Part shown: positions 1-9,024 of the stretch, piece by piece
Numbering within the stretch: position 1 is the stretch's first letter
Layout: each line of letters begins with the position of its first letter
DNA from: Candidatus Phytoplasma tritici
GTDB taxonomy: Bacteria; Bacillota_I; Bacilli_A; Acholeplasmatales; Acholeplasmataceae
Assembly (NCBI RefSeq): GCF_000495255.1
Contig: NZ_AVAO01000001.1
Coordinates: 71,522 to 95,521 of the forward strand
Length of the DNA stretch: 24,000 bases
Reading direction: 5' to 3'
Translations under genes and position numbers: made by a program
Notes under the pieces: model-generated
The model's input: the letters and a program-made list of their open reading frames with translations, nothing else
Databases searched by the model: none
What the model was told of the DNA's origin: nothing

Positions 1-236
1 ATTTAATGGAACAAATAATTAAACAAACCCATCAAACCCAAATTTTGGATAAGTTATCCCAATTTCAAAATTCTTTATTATTAATTTTAAATACTTTAGG
101 AATTGCAATTCTATTTAAAAAACCAACAAAAACAGACTTAAAAACATATTTTTTATGGCAAGATGCAAGAAAATGCAGAGATTTTATTAAAGCAGATATT
201 TTAAGAAAACAATTATTAGATAAAGGTTTTATTTAA
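1..236 (+). CDS. cysS: cysteinyl-tRNA synthetase, C-terminal fragment (5' part lies upstream of the window)
   Basis: The frame is open from the window edge to TAA at 234-236. The tail ...WQDARKCRDFIKADILRKQLLDKGFI matches the conserved CysRS C-terminal pattern R..AR..KdF..AD.iR..L...GI. Confidence 0.55.
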   Translation, partial: LMEQIIKQTHQTQILDKLSQFQNSLLLILNTLGIAILFKKPTKTDLKTYFLWQDARKCRDFIKADILRKQLLDKGFI

Positions 237-284
237 AAAATTACCCTTTTTTATTTTTTTTGCAATCTTTATCATTTTTCATTC

Positions 285-2072
285 ATGCTCCCACATTTTA
301 ATTATTTTTTTACCTTTTTTTATTTTTCAATATTATTTATTTCAATCAACAAACATTGCAATAATTTTATTTATTTAGAAAAAGACCTCTTAATTGAGGT
401 TTTTAATATATTATCAGTATCAGAGGAAATCGTGCTAAAAGTTTATTATAATCAAACCATTTTAAATGTTCCTTTAAACACCAGTTTAGAGACTTTAAAA
501 AATCAATTAAACCTTAAAAATGTTTATGCTGCCAAAGTAAACAATAAATTAAAAGAACTTACCTTTAAATTGCAAGATCCCACCAATCAAATTACTTTTT
601 TAGGCACTTGGAACGCTGCGGCTGTAAATATTTATGAAGCTAGTTTAAGATATTTAGTTGCTATGGCATCTTACAAACTTTTTGAAAATATTTCATTACA
701 TTTTACTTATTATAGTTCTTCTAGTATTTTGGTATCTTTTCCTAAAGAAATTACTTTTTTGACAGAAATGTTTCAACAAATCCAAGAAGAAATGCTCTTA
801 TTGGTATCTCAAAAATTAGATATTATAAAAAAGAAATTGCCTCTTGAAAAAGCCTTGCAAATTTATCAATCTTTGGGTTTTGGGGATAAAATTAGTCTCC
901 TCAAACAAAAAAATCCTTCCTTTGTAACCCTTTATTTTTGCCAAAACTATTGTAATTATATGTATCAAGGTTTAGTTCCCAACACTAGTTATTTAGATAA
1001 ATATCATTTATTTTATCATAAAAATGGGTTTGTTATTCAATTTGTAACTCCTTTTAGTGATGAAAAAATTCCTCCTTTTCAAAAAGAGCCTCTATTCGAA
1101 CAAATGCTTATTCAAAGTTTGTCTTTTAAAAAAACTATTCAAATACAAAATGTTTCCCAAATTAATCATTTTGCTCAAACTGCTAAAAGCCAATTCAATT
1201 TAATTAATCTTGCAGAAATTAATCATCAAAATCAGTTGCAACAATTAAGTATCCAAATTGCTAAACGTTCCTCCAATCTTAAAATTATTAATATTTCGGG
1301 CCCTTCTTCTAGTGGAAAAACTACATTTGCTAAAAGATTACAATTACAATTGCAAGCTTTAGGAATTTTTACTTTTATTATTGCTATGGATAATTATTAT
1401 TTGCCTTTGAAAGATATTCCCAAAGAAAAAGATGGCACTTCCTTTGATTTTGAAAGCATTGATGCCTTAAATATTCTTTTATTTAATCAAAATATCTATG
1501 ATTTGATTACTTTTAAAAAAACTACTATTCCTCAATTTGATTTTGTTACTCGTAGTCATACCCAAAAAGATATTCAAACCCATAATCACATTATTTTAGT
1601 AGAAGGAATGCATGCCATAAATCCTAAACTTACTCCTTTTATTCCAAGATTACAAAAATTTCAAATCTATATTGCCCCACAACATCAATTATCACTAGAT
1701 TTACACAATCCTTTACATTTAACCGATGTTAGGTTTTTAAGGAGAGCTATAAGAGATTATATTTCTAGGAATACTACTATTTTAAGGACTTTTGAGTTTT
1801 GGGATTCTGTGAGAAAAGGGGAGTTTAGATGGATTTATCCTAATCAACAAGAAGCTGATTTTATTTTTAATTCCGAATTAATTTATGAATTTAATGTTTT
1901 AAAACCATATTTAATTCCTTTTTTATTGCAAATTCCTGAAACAAGTAAGTATTTTGATAAAGCTCAGTATTTTTTAAATTTGTTAAGTTTTTTTAAATCT
2001 TTTGATTCTAATTTAGTTTTTCATGAGTCTTTGTTAAAAGAATTTATTGGTGGTAGTCCTTTTTATTTTTAG
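285..2072 (+). CDS. uridine kinase / phosphoribulokinase-family P-loop kinase with a long N-terminal extension (TGS/ThrRS-like by position)
   Basis: 595-aa ORF. Walker A ISGPSSSGKTTFAKRL is followed by ILVEGMHAINP, as in the Udk/PRK family. The first 49 codons are F/I-rich and look non-coding. An in-frame GTG at 432 sits 5 nt after GAGGA and is a plausible true start (VLKVYYNQTILNVP...). Confidence 0.75.
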   Translation: MLPHFNYFFTFFYFSILFISINKHCNNFIYLEKDLLIEVFNILSVSEEIVLKVYYNQTILNVPLNTSLETLKNQLNLKNVYAAKVNNKLKELTFKLQDPTNQITFLGTWNAAAVNIYEASLRYLVAMASYKLFENISLHFTYYSSSSILVSFPKEITFLTEMFQQIQEEMLLLVSQKLDIIKKKLPLEKALQIYQSLGFGDKISLLKQKNPSFVTLYFCQNYCNYMYQGLVPNTSYLDKYHLFYHKNGFVIQFVTPFSDEKIPPFQKEPLFEQMLIQSLSFKKTIQIQNVSQINHFAQTAKSQFNLINLAEINHQNQLQQLSIQIAKRSSNLKIINISGPSSSGKTTFAKRLQLQLQALGIFTFIIAMDNYYLPLKDIPKEKDGTSFDFESIDALNILLFNQNIYDLITFKKTTIPQFDFVTRSHTQKDIQTHNHIILVEGMHAINPKLTPFIPRLQKFQIYIAPQHQLSLDLHNPLHLTDVRFLRRAIRDYISRNTTILRTFEFWDSVRKGEFRWIYPNQQEADFIFNSELIYEFNVLKPYLIPFLLQIPETSKYFDKAQYFLNLLSFFKSFDSNLVFHESLLKEFIGGSPFYF

Positions 2073-2093
2073 ATTATTTTATAATTAAATTGG

Positions 2094-2128
2094 AAAGATT
2101 AACTTTTGTAAAAAGTTAATCTTTTTTT
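2094..2128 (+). terminator. rho-independent terminator downstream of the kinase gene
   Basis: Perfect 14-bp stem: aaagattaactttt (2094-2107) pairs with aaaagttaatcttt (2111-2124). The loop is 3 nt and a T-run follows. Confidence 0.7.
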
Positions 2129-2129
2129 G

Positions 2130-2148
2130 TTTAAAAAGATATATTATT
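2130..2148. repeat. 19-bp direct repeat, copy 1 (tttaaaaagatatattatt)
   Basis: Exact 19-mer that recurs at 3067-3085. The two copies bracket the decayed membrane-protein locus. Confidence 0.6.
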
Positions 2149-2259
2149 GATAAAAAGTACTATTTTGAGCGATTTTTACTCAAAAAAAGAGTAAAATAAA
2201 AAAGGTAAGGGGCAAAAATAAATAAACCCTAAAAACCCCCTAAAGAAGAATATTTAAAA

Positions 2260-2852
2260 ATGACAAAACAACAAAAAACAACAAATTTTGTTTTTTCAAT
2301 AGCTTTATTAGTGGGATTAGTTGGAACAGCTTATTTCGCATGGAAGCAACAAGAATACAAAAAAGTAAAACTCAAATCCACCAACCCAACCAACTCAATA
2401 CAGAACAAACAACAACACCCAATCATCTACAAAAGTTTCACAAGGAACTAATTTACAATCATCCACCTCACCATCAAATTTTCAAACCCCCACTAAACCA
2501 AAGAAATCCAATTTCAAAACAAGACCTAGATACAAAAACGGAATTATAATTATTAGTCTAAATCTCTATAACTAATAATTTTGATATAAATACTTTATCA
2601 CAAGAAGACCAAAATTTAAAACAAAAGTACATTTTTGAAAATGTAAGTTTTATAACAACCACAAAAATAATATAAAACATTATAATCGAGAAATATTAAC
2701 TAATACCAATCAAAAAATATTTAAAACACATCAAAGAAAAAAATATGCATGATACAATTATTGAATCTGTACAAATTTGTTTAAACCAATGCCAAAATGA
2801 TATCCGCACATCAGTCGAACTTTTTATTAAAACCCTATACGAAATAAAATAA
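2260..2852 (+). pseudogene. decayed gene for an N-terminally membrane-anchored, Q/T/P/N-rich surface protein (Imp-like topology)
   Basis: ATG at 2260 gives MTKQQKTTNFVFSIALLVGLVGTAYFAWKQQ..., a short cytoplasmic tail followed by one TM helix. Coding-like sequence then continues in shifted frames: 2340-2549, about 2580-2680, about 2688-2750, and 2745-2852 (MHDTIIESVQICLNQCQNDIRTSVELFIKTLYEIK*). A strong terminator follows directly. At least four frame breaks are needed to join the pieces. Confidence 0.4.
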
Positions 2853-2870
2853 ATATTATTTTATTATTCC

Positions 2871-2905
2871 TAATAACCCCTTTCTTAGGGGGTTATTATT
2901 TTTAT
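2871..2905 (+). terminator. rho-independent terminator
   Basis: taataacccc (2871-2880) pairs with ggggttatta (2889-2898). A T-rich tail (tttttatt) follows. Confidence 0.65.
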
Positions 2906-3066
2906 TCTACTTACTGTAATCCCTTTAAATCAATCTACCCAAATAACTCTTTTTATTATACAAACAAAAATAAAAAGGAATAATGCCCAGTGATTACATC
3001 ACCATTCATAAAAGACAAAAATATATAAAATATAAGTTTTGGAACAGTTAGAAGTAAAACAATCTC

Positions 3067-3085
3067 TTTAAAAAGATATATTATT
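3067..3085. repeat. 19-bp direct repeat, copy 2 (tttaaaaagatatattatt)
   Basis: Exact match to 2130-2148. Confidence 0.6.
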
Positions 3086-3285
3086 AAATGAGGATTATAA
3101 ATTTATAATTGTAGTATTCAAGATAAAAAATTATCAATATGCAGTTGTATCACAAAAATAGTTATATTCCATGTTATAATTAAGCTGTAAAAACTTATTA
3201 TATTTTAATATTTAAGTGTATAAATATATTTAAATATAATTTATTCAAAAATATTCATACACAAAATATTGATGTTAGGAACTTT

Positions 3286-4575
3286 ATGTATCAGAAAAAA
3301 ATTTTAATTAGATTTGGAGAATTATTTTTAAAAGGAAAAAATAAAAAAGTTTTCATTAATACATTAAGGCAATTTTTACAAAATAAAATTAAAGATCTTT
3401 GCAACGTTCAAATATATTTTAAACATGACTATGCTTATCTAGAATATATTTATGATGTAAGTTTAGAAAAAGAAATTCTTAAAAGATTGTCTTATGTATC
3501 GGGGATTTCTTCTTTTGTTGTAGTAAGTCAATCAAGTAGACAATTAGATGATATTGTTCAAAAAGCTTGTTTGTTGTTGCAAGAAAAAATTACAAAAAAT
3601 ACTTCTTTTAAAATAGAAATTACTAGAAAAGATAAAAGTTTTCCTTTAAAAAGTTTGGAATTAACCCAACAAATTGCTCCTTTAATTTTAAAGCAGTTGG
3701 AAGATAAATTAATAGTTGATGTTAAAAAACCTCAAGTTATTTTAAATGTTATTATTAGAAAAGAAAATGCTTATCTTTATTTGAAAAGTGATGAAACTCA
3801 AGCTTTAGGAGGGTTTCCTGTTTCTTCTGGTGGTAGAGGAATTGTTTTGATGAGTGGTGGTATTGATTCTCCTGTATCTGCTTATTTAGCAATGAAAAAA
3901 GGTATTACAGTAGAGTTATTACATTTTGAATCAAGTCCTTTAACTCCTTTAGAATCAATTCAAAAAGTAATTGATTTAGCTAAAGTTTTGAGTCGTTATG
4001 CTTTTGGTAATCAAATTAAATTGCATTTAGTGCCTTTTAGATATTTGCAAGAAACAATTACTAAAACAGTTCTAGATTCTTATATCATTAATATTATGCG
4101 TCGGATGATGTATCGTTTAGCTTCTCGATTTGCTTGTCAAAAAAATCATTTATGTTTAATTAATGGTGAATCAGTAGGACAAGTAGCAAGTCAAACTTTG
4201 GAAAGTATGCAGACAACCACTCAAGTAACAAATATGACTATTTTAAGACCTTTAGTTACTATGGATAAAAATGAAATAATTAAAATAGCTAAACAAATTG
4301 ATACTTTTGATATTTCTATTCGTGCTTTTCATGATTGTTGTACTCTTTATTTGCCTAAAAATCCTACTACTAAACCAACTATTCTAAAAGCTAAAAGAGA
4401 AGAGCAAAAAATAGATTATTTTGCCTTATTAAATGATGCTTTGCAAAATACAATTACTCTCAATATAGACCAACATTTGCAATTTAACATCTGTGATTAT
4501 GGTTTTTTTGATGTAAAACAAGCAATTAAGCATTTTTGTGAACAAAATAAAGAGCAAACTATTGTAAGTCAATAG
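3286..4575 (+). CDS. thiI: tRNA 4-thiouridine synthase (tRNA sulfurtransferase) ThiI
   Basis: 429 aa. The N-terminus ILIRFGELFLKGKNKKVF is typical of ThiI. PP-loop motif LMSGGIDSPVSAYL is present. The size fits a THUMP plus PP-ATPase architecture. Confidence 0.9.
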   Translation: MYQKKILIRFGELFLKGKNKKVFINTLRQFLQNKIKDLCNVQIYFKHDYAYLEYIYDVSLEKEILKRLSYVSGISSFVVVSQSSRQLDDIVQKACLLLQEKITKNTSFKIEITRKDKSFPLKSLELTQQIAPLILKQLEDKLIVDVKKPQVILNVIIRKENAYLYLKSDETQALGGFPVSSGGRGIVLMSGGIDSPVSAYLAMKKGITVELLHFESSPLTPLESIQKVIDLAKVLSRYAFGNQIKLHLVPFRYLQETITKTVLDSYIINIMRRMMYRLASRFACQKNHLCLINGESVGQVASQTLESMQTTTQVTNMTILRPLVTMDKNEIIKIAKQIDTFDISIRAFHDCCTLYLPKNPTTKPTILKAKREEQKIDYFALLNDALQNTITLNIDQHLQFNICDYGFFDVKQAIKHFCEQNKEQTIVSQ

Positions 4576-4682
4576 TAAAATACAAAAAATAAAAAAATCA
4601 ACAAAATAATATTTAAAAAGAGCATAAAAAGGAAACAATTTTATATTTTTATGTTTTACTAATTTCATTCAAGGGACAATTT

Positions 4683-5387
4683 ATGATTACATCGAAACAA
4701 AATCCTACTTTTAAAAAATTAAAAAAATTACAATTAAAAAAATATCGCGATTTGTATCAACAATTTTTAGTATATGGTGATCATCTCATTGAACAAGCAC
4801 AAAAAAATAACTCTGTTGTTGCTATTTTTACTTCTAATGAAGAAAAACCAGGGACTTTTATTGCGACTTCTTTGATGAAAGAATTATCCCAAACTAAAAC
4901 CGTATTTGATCAAATAGCTCTTTGTAAACCTACTTCAGAGAATAATTTATTGTCTGATAAAATTTTAGTTTTGGATGATATTCAAAATCCTGCTAATTTA
5001 GGAGCTTTAATGCGTTCTGCTAGTGCTTTTGGGTTTAATAAAGTTTTTGCTAGTTTTCATAGTGCTGATTTTTATCATGAAAAAACTATTAGATCAAGTC
5101 AAGGTGCATTATTTTCGCTTTCCTTAAAAAGAGGAAATACCAAATCTTTTTTAGAAGAAATTAAAGAACAAAACTATTCTATTTTTAGTGCTTTTCCCCA
5201 AAAAGCCAATATTACTATGGAAGATGCTAAAAAACATCCTAAAAAAGTATTAGTTTTAGGTAATGAAGGACAAGGGATTTCTTCGGAAACAGAATTCCTT
5301 TCTGATTATTTTGTAAATATTTGCACTCAAAATGTCGAAAGCCTAAATGTTGCAGTTGCAGGAAGTATTTTAATGTATCTTTTGTAA
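4683..5387 (+). CDS. TrmH/SpoU-family RNA 2'-O-methyltransferase
   Basis: 234 aa. SpoU motifs DIQNPANLGALMRSASAFGF, LVLGNEGQGIS and SLNVAVAGSILMY are present. Confidence 0.85.
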   Translation: MITSKQNPTFKKLKKLQLKKYRDLYQQFLVYGDHLIEQAQKNNSVVAIFTSNEEKPGTFIATSLMKELSQTKTVFDQIALCKPTSENNLLSDKILVLDDIQNPANLGALMRSASAFGFNKVFASFHSADFYHEKTIRSSQGALFSLSLKRGNTKSFLEEIKEQNYSIFSAFPQKANITMEDAKKHPKKVLVLGNEGQGISSETEFLSDYFVNICTQNVESLNVAVAGSILMYLL

Positions 5388-5460
5388 TTGCCAAATATAA
5401 AAGATTTCATTGCAAAAAAATAAAATTATAAAATAAATAAAATAATAAAGAGGTTTAAAA

Positions 5461-6003
5461 ATGAATATATTACATGATATTAATCCTGCAAGAATTACTA
5501 AAGAAGAGTTTATAGTAGTTATTGAAATTTCTCAAGGAAGTAAAAAAAAATATGAGATTGACAAAGAAACAGGTCTTTTGTTGCTTGATCGTTTTTTAAC
5601 AACTGCTTTTCGTTATCCGATTAATTATGGATTTGTTCCTTTGACTCATTGTGAAGACAACGATCCTTTAGATGTTTTGGTGTTATCTCAAGAAATCCTA
5701 GATCATATGACTTTGGTAAAATGTCGTCCTTTGGGAATAATTAAAATGATTGATAATAATGAATTAGATGAAAAAGTAATTGCAGTTCCTGTTTTTGATA
5801 ATTATTTTTCTCATTTACAAGATTTAAAAGATATGCCTTTGCCCATGATTGCAGAAATTAAGCATTTTTTTGAAAATTACAAAACTTTAGAAAAGAAAAA
5901 AGTAGTTATTGAAGCTATACAAGATAAACAAGCAGCATTTAGTGCTATTGAAACAAGTCTTTTAACTTATCAAAAATTTATTAAACCTTCTTTAAAGAAA
6001 TAA
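5461..6003 (+). CDS. ppa: inorganic pyrophosphatase (family I)
   Basis: 180 aa. Motifs KKKYEIDKETG, DRFL, YPINYGFVPLT and DNDPLDVLVL are present. SD aagagg lies upstream. Confidence 0.92.
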   Translation: MNILHDINPARITKEEFIVVIEISQGSKKKYEIDKETGLLLLDRFLTTAFRYPINYGFVPLTHCEDNDPLDVLVLSQEILDHMTLVKCRPLGIIKMIDNNELDEKVIAVPVFDNYFSHLQDLKDMPLPMIAEIKHFFENYKTLEKKKVVIEAIQDKQAAFSAIETSLLTYQKFIKPSLKK

Positions 6004-6265
6004 AAAAGCAATAAGAGCCTTATTATATTTTTGCAAATAACATTTATTTGTTTTGAAAAAATGATTTTTTTAGTTTTGATAAGACTCAATTATAATTAAA
6101 TATTTGATTTATATTTGATTAAATTGTTTGAAAAAGAAAAAAAGATTTCACAATAATATTGGTGATAAATACTTACTGTATAACAAACTTATTTTTGAAA
6201 AAATACTTACTAACTCAAATTTGATTATTGCATTTATTTCATTTTGTAAAGGAAAAGTTTAAATT

Positions 6266-6724
6266 ATGAAAACAATTATCACTAATAAAAAAGCATTTTA
6301 TGATTATTCTTTAGAAAAGAAAAAATATCAAGCAGGAATCAAATTATTAGGAAGCGAAGTAAAATCGATTAGAATAGGAAAAATTAATTTATTAAACTCC
6401 TATATTCATATCAAAAATGAAGAAGTTTTTATAGTGAATATGACTATTTTAAAATATCCTTTTAGTTGTTGTTTGGTATATGATGAAAATAGAACTAAAA
6501 AGCTTTTGTTGCAAAAACATGAAATTATCCAAATTAAAAATAAAATTAAAACTGAAAAATTGTCTGTTATTCCTTTGAAAGTTTATTTTAATAAAAATTT
6601 AGTTAAATTAGAAATTGCCTTAGCTAAAGGTAAGAAACAACATGATAAAAGAAATGCTTTAAAAGATTTTGATGCTAAATTACGTATTCAAAAAACATTA
6701 AAAAATTTTAATCAAAAACAATAA
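6266..6724 (+). CDS. smpB: SsrA-binding protein SmpB
   Basis: 152 aa. Motifs [22 protein letters not shown] and [11 protein letters not shown] are present, followed by a basic C-terminal tail. Confidence 0.92.
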   Translation: MKTIITNKKAFYDYSLEKKKYQAGIKLLGSEVKSIRIGKINLLNSYIHIKNEEVFIVNMTILKYPFSCCLVYDENRTKKLLLQKHEIIQIKNKIKTEKLSVIPLKVYFNKNLVKLEIALAKGKKQHDKRNALKDFDAKLRIQKTLKNFNQKQ

Positions 6725-6923
6725 CTCTTTGTATTTTTTAATGATTAAAAATCCCCAATTAAAAACACTTAAATTGCTTAATATTTTGTATTTTTTTGTA
6801 ATTTAACAATCTTTTTTATAACAATTTAAATTTTTGCAGTAATAATGATACAAAATAATCAATTATTTTGTATTTTTTGCTTTTATGCAGATATCAAATT
6901 AGACAATAATTAAGGACACATAA

Positions 6924-8780
6924 ATGAAAATTTCTAAAACTCGTTTTATTAAGTTTTTAAAAGTTTTAAAATATTTGAATTTTAAGTTTTTATATCAAAA
7001 TAAATCTCAGTTTCTTTTGGATTTTTCCAATGAACTCAAAGATTTAATTAATGAAGAAACTTATGCTAAAAAACTTGCTTTTTTAAAAGAAAATCTAAGC
7101 GAGCAAGACGAATATCAAGTTTTTTTAAACCAAAAACATTTAGCCATTATGCAACCTTATTACAAAAAATTAGAGCTTTTGGTAGGTTCTTATTTGGAAA
7201 AACATTTTCCAGGAGAAGTTATTTTTTCTCTAGAAACTCATCAACAAAAAAAGTTTCAAATGAATAAACAAGGATATCAATTTTATTGTTTTTTAGATGG
7301 ATATCAAGAAGACCAAACCACTATTCGTATTTTTGAAACTAAAACTACTACTAGCAAAAAATTTTTAAAATTGCAATTTGTAAACGATAAAAAAGAAAAA
7401 ATTCCTTTTTTCCATTATACAAGCCCTAACACCTTATCGCCTTTTTGCAAGGTTTCCAACCAATATAATCTATCTTATCAAAAAAAAATGCAAACTTTTT
7501 TTAATCCTGAATCACAAGAAGGAAAATACATCTATGATTTAACTTATCAAAGATGGGTAATTGAAAATAATTTAACTGAGGCACAAAAAAAGAAAAAAAT
7601 AGAGTATTATTTGGTAGTTCTTAATTCGGATTATGTTTTGGATGACAAAAGTTGTAATAAGTCTTTGGATCCTAACTTGCTTACTTTTATTGATTTGACT
7701 TTGATTACACAACAAGGAACTGAAATATTAGAAAATGATGCCAATCTTTTATTTTCTTATTTGTCTTCCAAAACTGCCAAACCCAAAAACACTTCTGCTT
7801 TTTATTTGTTGCCTGAAAAAATTCTTCATTTTTATGAAAAAATCCCTTCCAAAGACAGTATTTTTACTTATTTTTATAATCATTTAGGTTTTTTTGACTC
7901 CAAAAATAAAAAAAAATACGAAATACAACAGTTAATTTTGCAACAATATTATCATGTTTCTGATATCCCTTTTTCTTGGTTGAATCGTTTTGATAATAAA
8001 GTGCAACAAAAAGTTACCCAAAAAAAGCTTCCTTATTATTGTTTTGATAAGATTAAAGCAGGTTTGCAAACCTTAAAATATCCTCTTTATTATTTAGATT
8101 TTGAATCTTTTCCTTGTCCTTTTCCTAGATTTAAGGGCGAAAAACCCTACACTCAATCTTTATTTCAATTTTCACTGCACATCGAAAAATCCCCTGGTTT
8201 GTGCGATAAAGATAAAAATCACGTTTCTTTTTTGGCACCCAATCACTCTGATCACAGAAAAATCTTATTAGAAAAACTAACCAATGCCATTTTAGATGAT
8301 GGAGGCTCCATTATTGTTTATCATAAAGCTTTTGAAAAAACACAACTTCAAGAATTATCTTTGCTTTTTCCTGAATATGCCTTTCAAATCCAAAATCTTA
8401 TTACACGTATTTTTGACCTTAAAGACCTTCTAAAAGGCAGAAAAACTTTTTATCAAAACTTAGGATTTGATTCCGAACAAGCCGCAGGTATTAATTTTTA
8501 TCATCCCCATTTGCAAGGTTCTTTTTCTATTAAAAAAATTACTCCTTTATTTTGCAATCTGAATTATCAAAATTTAGTTATTCAAAATGGTATTGAGGCT
8601 TTTTTAACTTATATTCAACTGCCTCAAATGTCTCCTTTGCAATTCCAAGCGCAATTTCAAGCCTTAGAACAATATTGTAAACAAGATACTTGGGTAATGG
8701 TAAAAATTTTGAAAAGACTTATTAGCCAAACCAAAAAACCTAATTTCTTATATTTAACTCCTAAAGATATTGTCCAATAG
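6924..8780 (+). CDS. DUF2779-family protein (N-terminal PD-(D/E)xK-like nuclease region plus C-terminal RNase-H-like exonuclease fold)
   Basis: 618 aa. CFLDGY...IRIFETKTTT gives a D...E.K pattern in the N-terminal half. The hallmark PLYYLDFESFPCPFPRFKGEKPYTQSLFQFSLH lies in the C-terminal half. Confidence 0.7.
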   Translation: MKISKTRFIKFLKVLKYLNFKFLYQNKSQFLLDFSNELKDLINEETYAKKLAFLKENLSEQDEYQVFLNQKHLAIMQPYYKKLELLVGSYLEKHFPGEVIFSLETHQQKKFQMNKQGYQFYCFLDGYQEDQTTIRIFETKTTTSKKFLKLQFVNDKKEKIPFFHYTSPNTLSPFCKVSNQYNLSYQKKMQTFFNPESQEGKYIYDLTYQRWVIENNLTEAQKKKKIEYYLVVLNSDYVLDDKSCNKSLDPNLLTFIDLTLITQQGTEILENDANLLFSYLSSKTAKPKNTSAFYLLPEKILHFYEKIPSKDSIFTYFYNHLGFFDSKNKKKYEIQQLILQQYYHVSDIPFSWLNRFDNKVQQKVTQKKLPYYCFDKIKAGLQTLKYPLYYLDFESFPCPFPRFKGEKPYTQSLFQFSLHIEKSPGLCDKDKNHVSFLAPNHSDHRKILLEKLTNAILDDGGSIIVYHKAFEKTQLQELSLLFPEYAFQIQNLITRIFDLKDLLKGRKTFYQNLGFDSEQAAGINFYHPHLQGSFSIKKITPLFCNLNYQNLVIQNGIEAFLTYIQLPQMSPLQFQAQFQALEQYCKQDTWVMVKILKRLISQTKKPNFLYLTPKDIVQ

Positions 8781-8841
8781 CCAAATTTATTATTTTTATC
8801 TCCTTTTTACTCACAAAATTCCTTAATGATGCATAAAATAA

Positions 8842-8871
8842 TTGTTATTTACTTTGGGTAAATGATATAAT
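8842..8871 (+). promoter_or_regulatory. candidate sigma-70-type promoter for the nusA operon
   Basis: TTGTTA (8842-8847), an 18-nt spacer ending in TGa, then TATAAT (8866-8871), which makes an extended -10. Such hexamers are frequent in AT-rich DNA. Confidence 0.3.
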
Positions 8872-9024
8872 TATATTATGAGTTATTTTTTTTCATTAAA
8901 AGATAAAAATGGTGCTTGTAAAAAATCACTGTTTTTTTTATTTTGTATCTTGTTTAGTTGGTTTCGTTTGTTAATTTTAAATATTTTCCAAACCTAACAA
9001 GATGCATTTACTAGGAGGTATCGT

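Noticed and set aside
4429-4668. ORF-track entries that are antisense to, or nested in, strongly supported genes: 4429-4668(-), 9779-9994(+), 10945-11157(-), 12846-13085(-), 14169-14384(+), 15051-15233(+), 16422-16664(+), 17493-17741(+), 18914-19141(-), 23042-23233(+), 23139-23324(+)
   Set aside because: Each overlaps a gene with clear family motifs on the other strand or in another frame. Each also has low-complexity I/L/F/K/N composition and no convincing RBS. They are most likely frame shadows.
6728-6885. Recurrent word ttttgtatttttt in the smpB-DUF2779 spacer (three occurrences)
   Set aside because: The motif is short and T-rich, and it also appears in other intergenic regions. It is compatible with compositional bias rather than a specific element.
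8878-8997. 39-codon ORF (MSYFFSLKDKNGACKKSLFFLFCILFSWFRLLILNIFQT*) starting about 7 nt after the candidate -10 box upstream of nusA; possible leaderless leader peptide or rimP relic
   Set aside because: The promoter call is weak in AT-rich DNA. The peptide is simply translated T-rich sequence, and I recognise no similarity to RimP.
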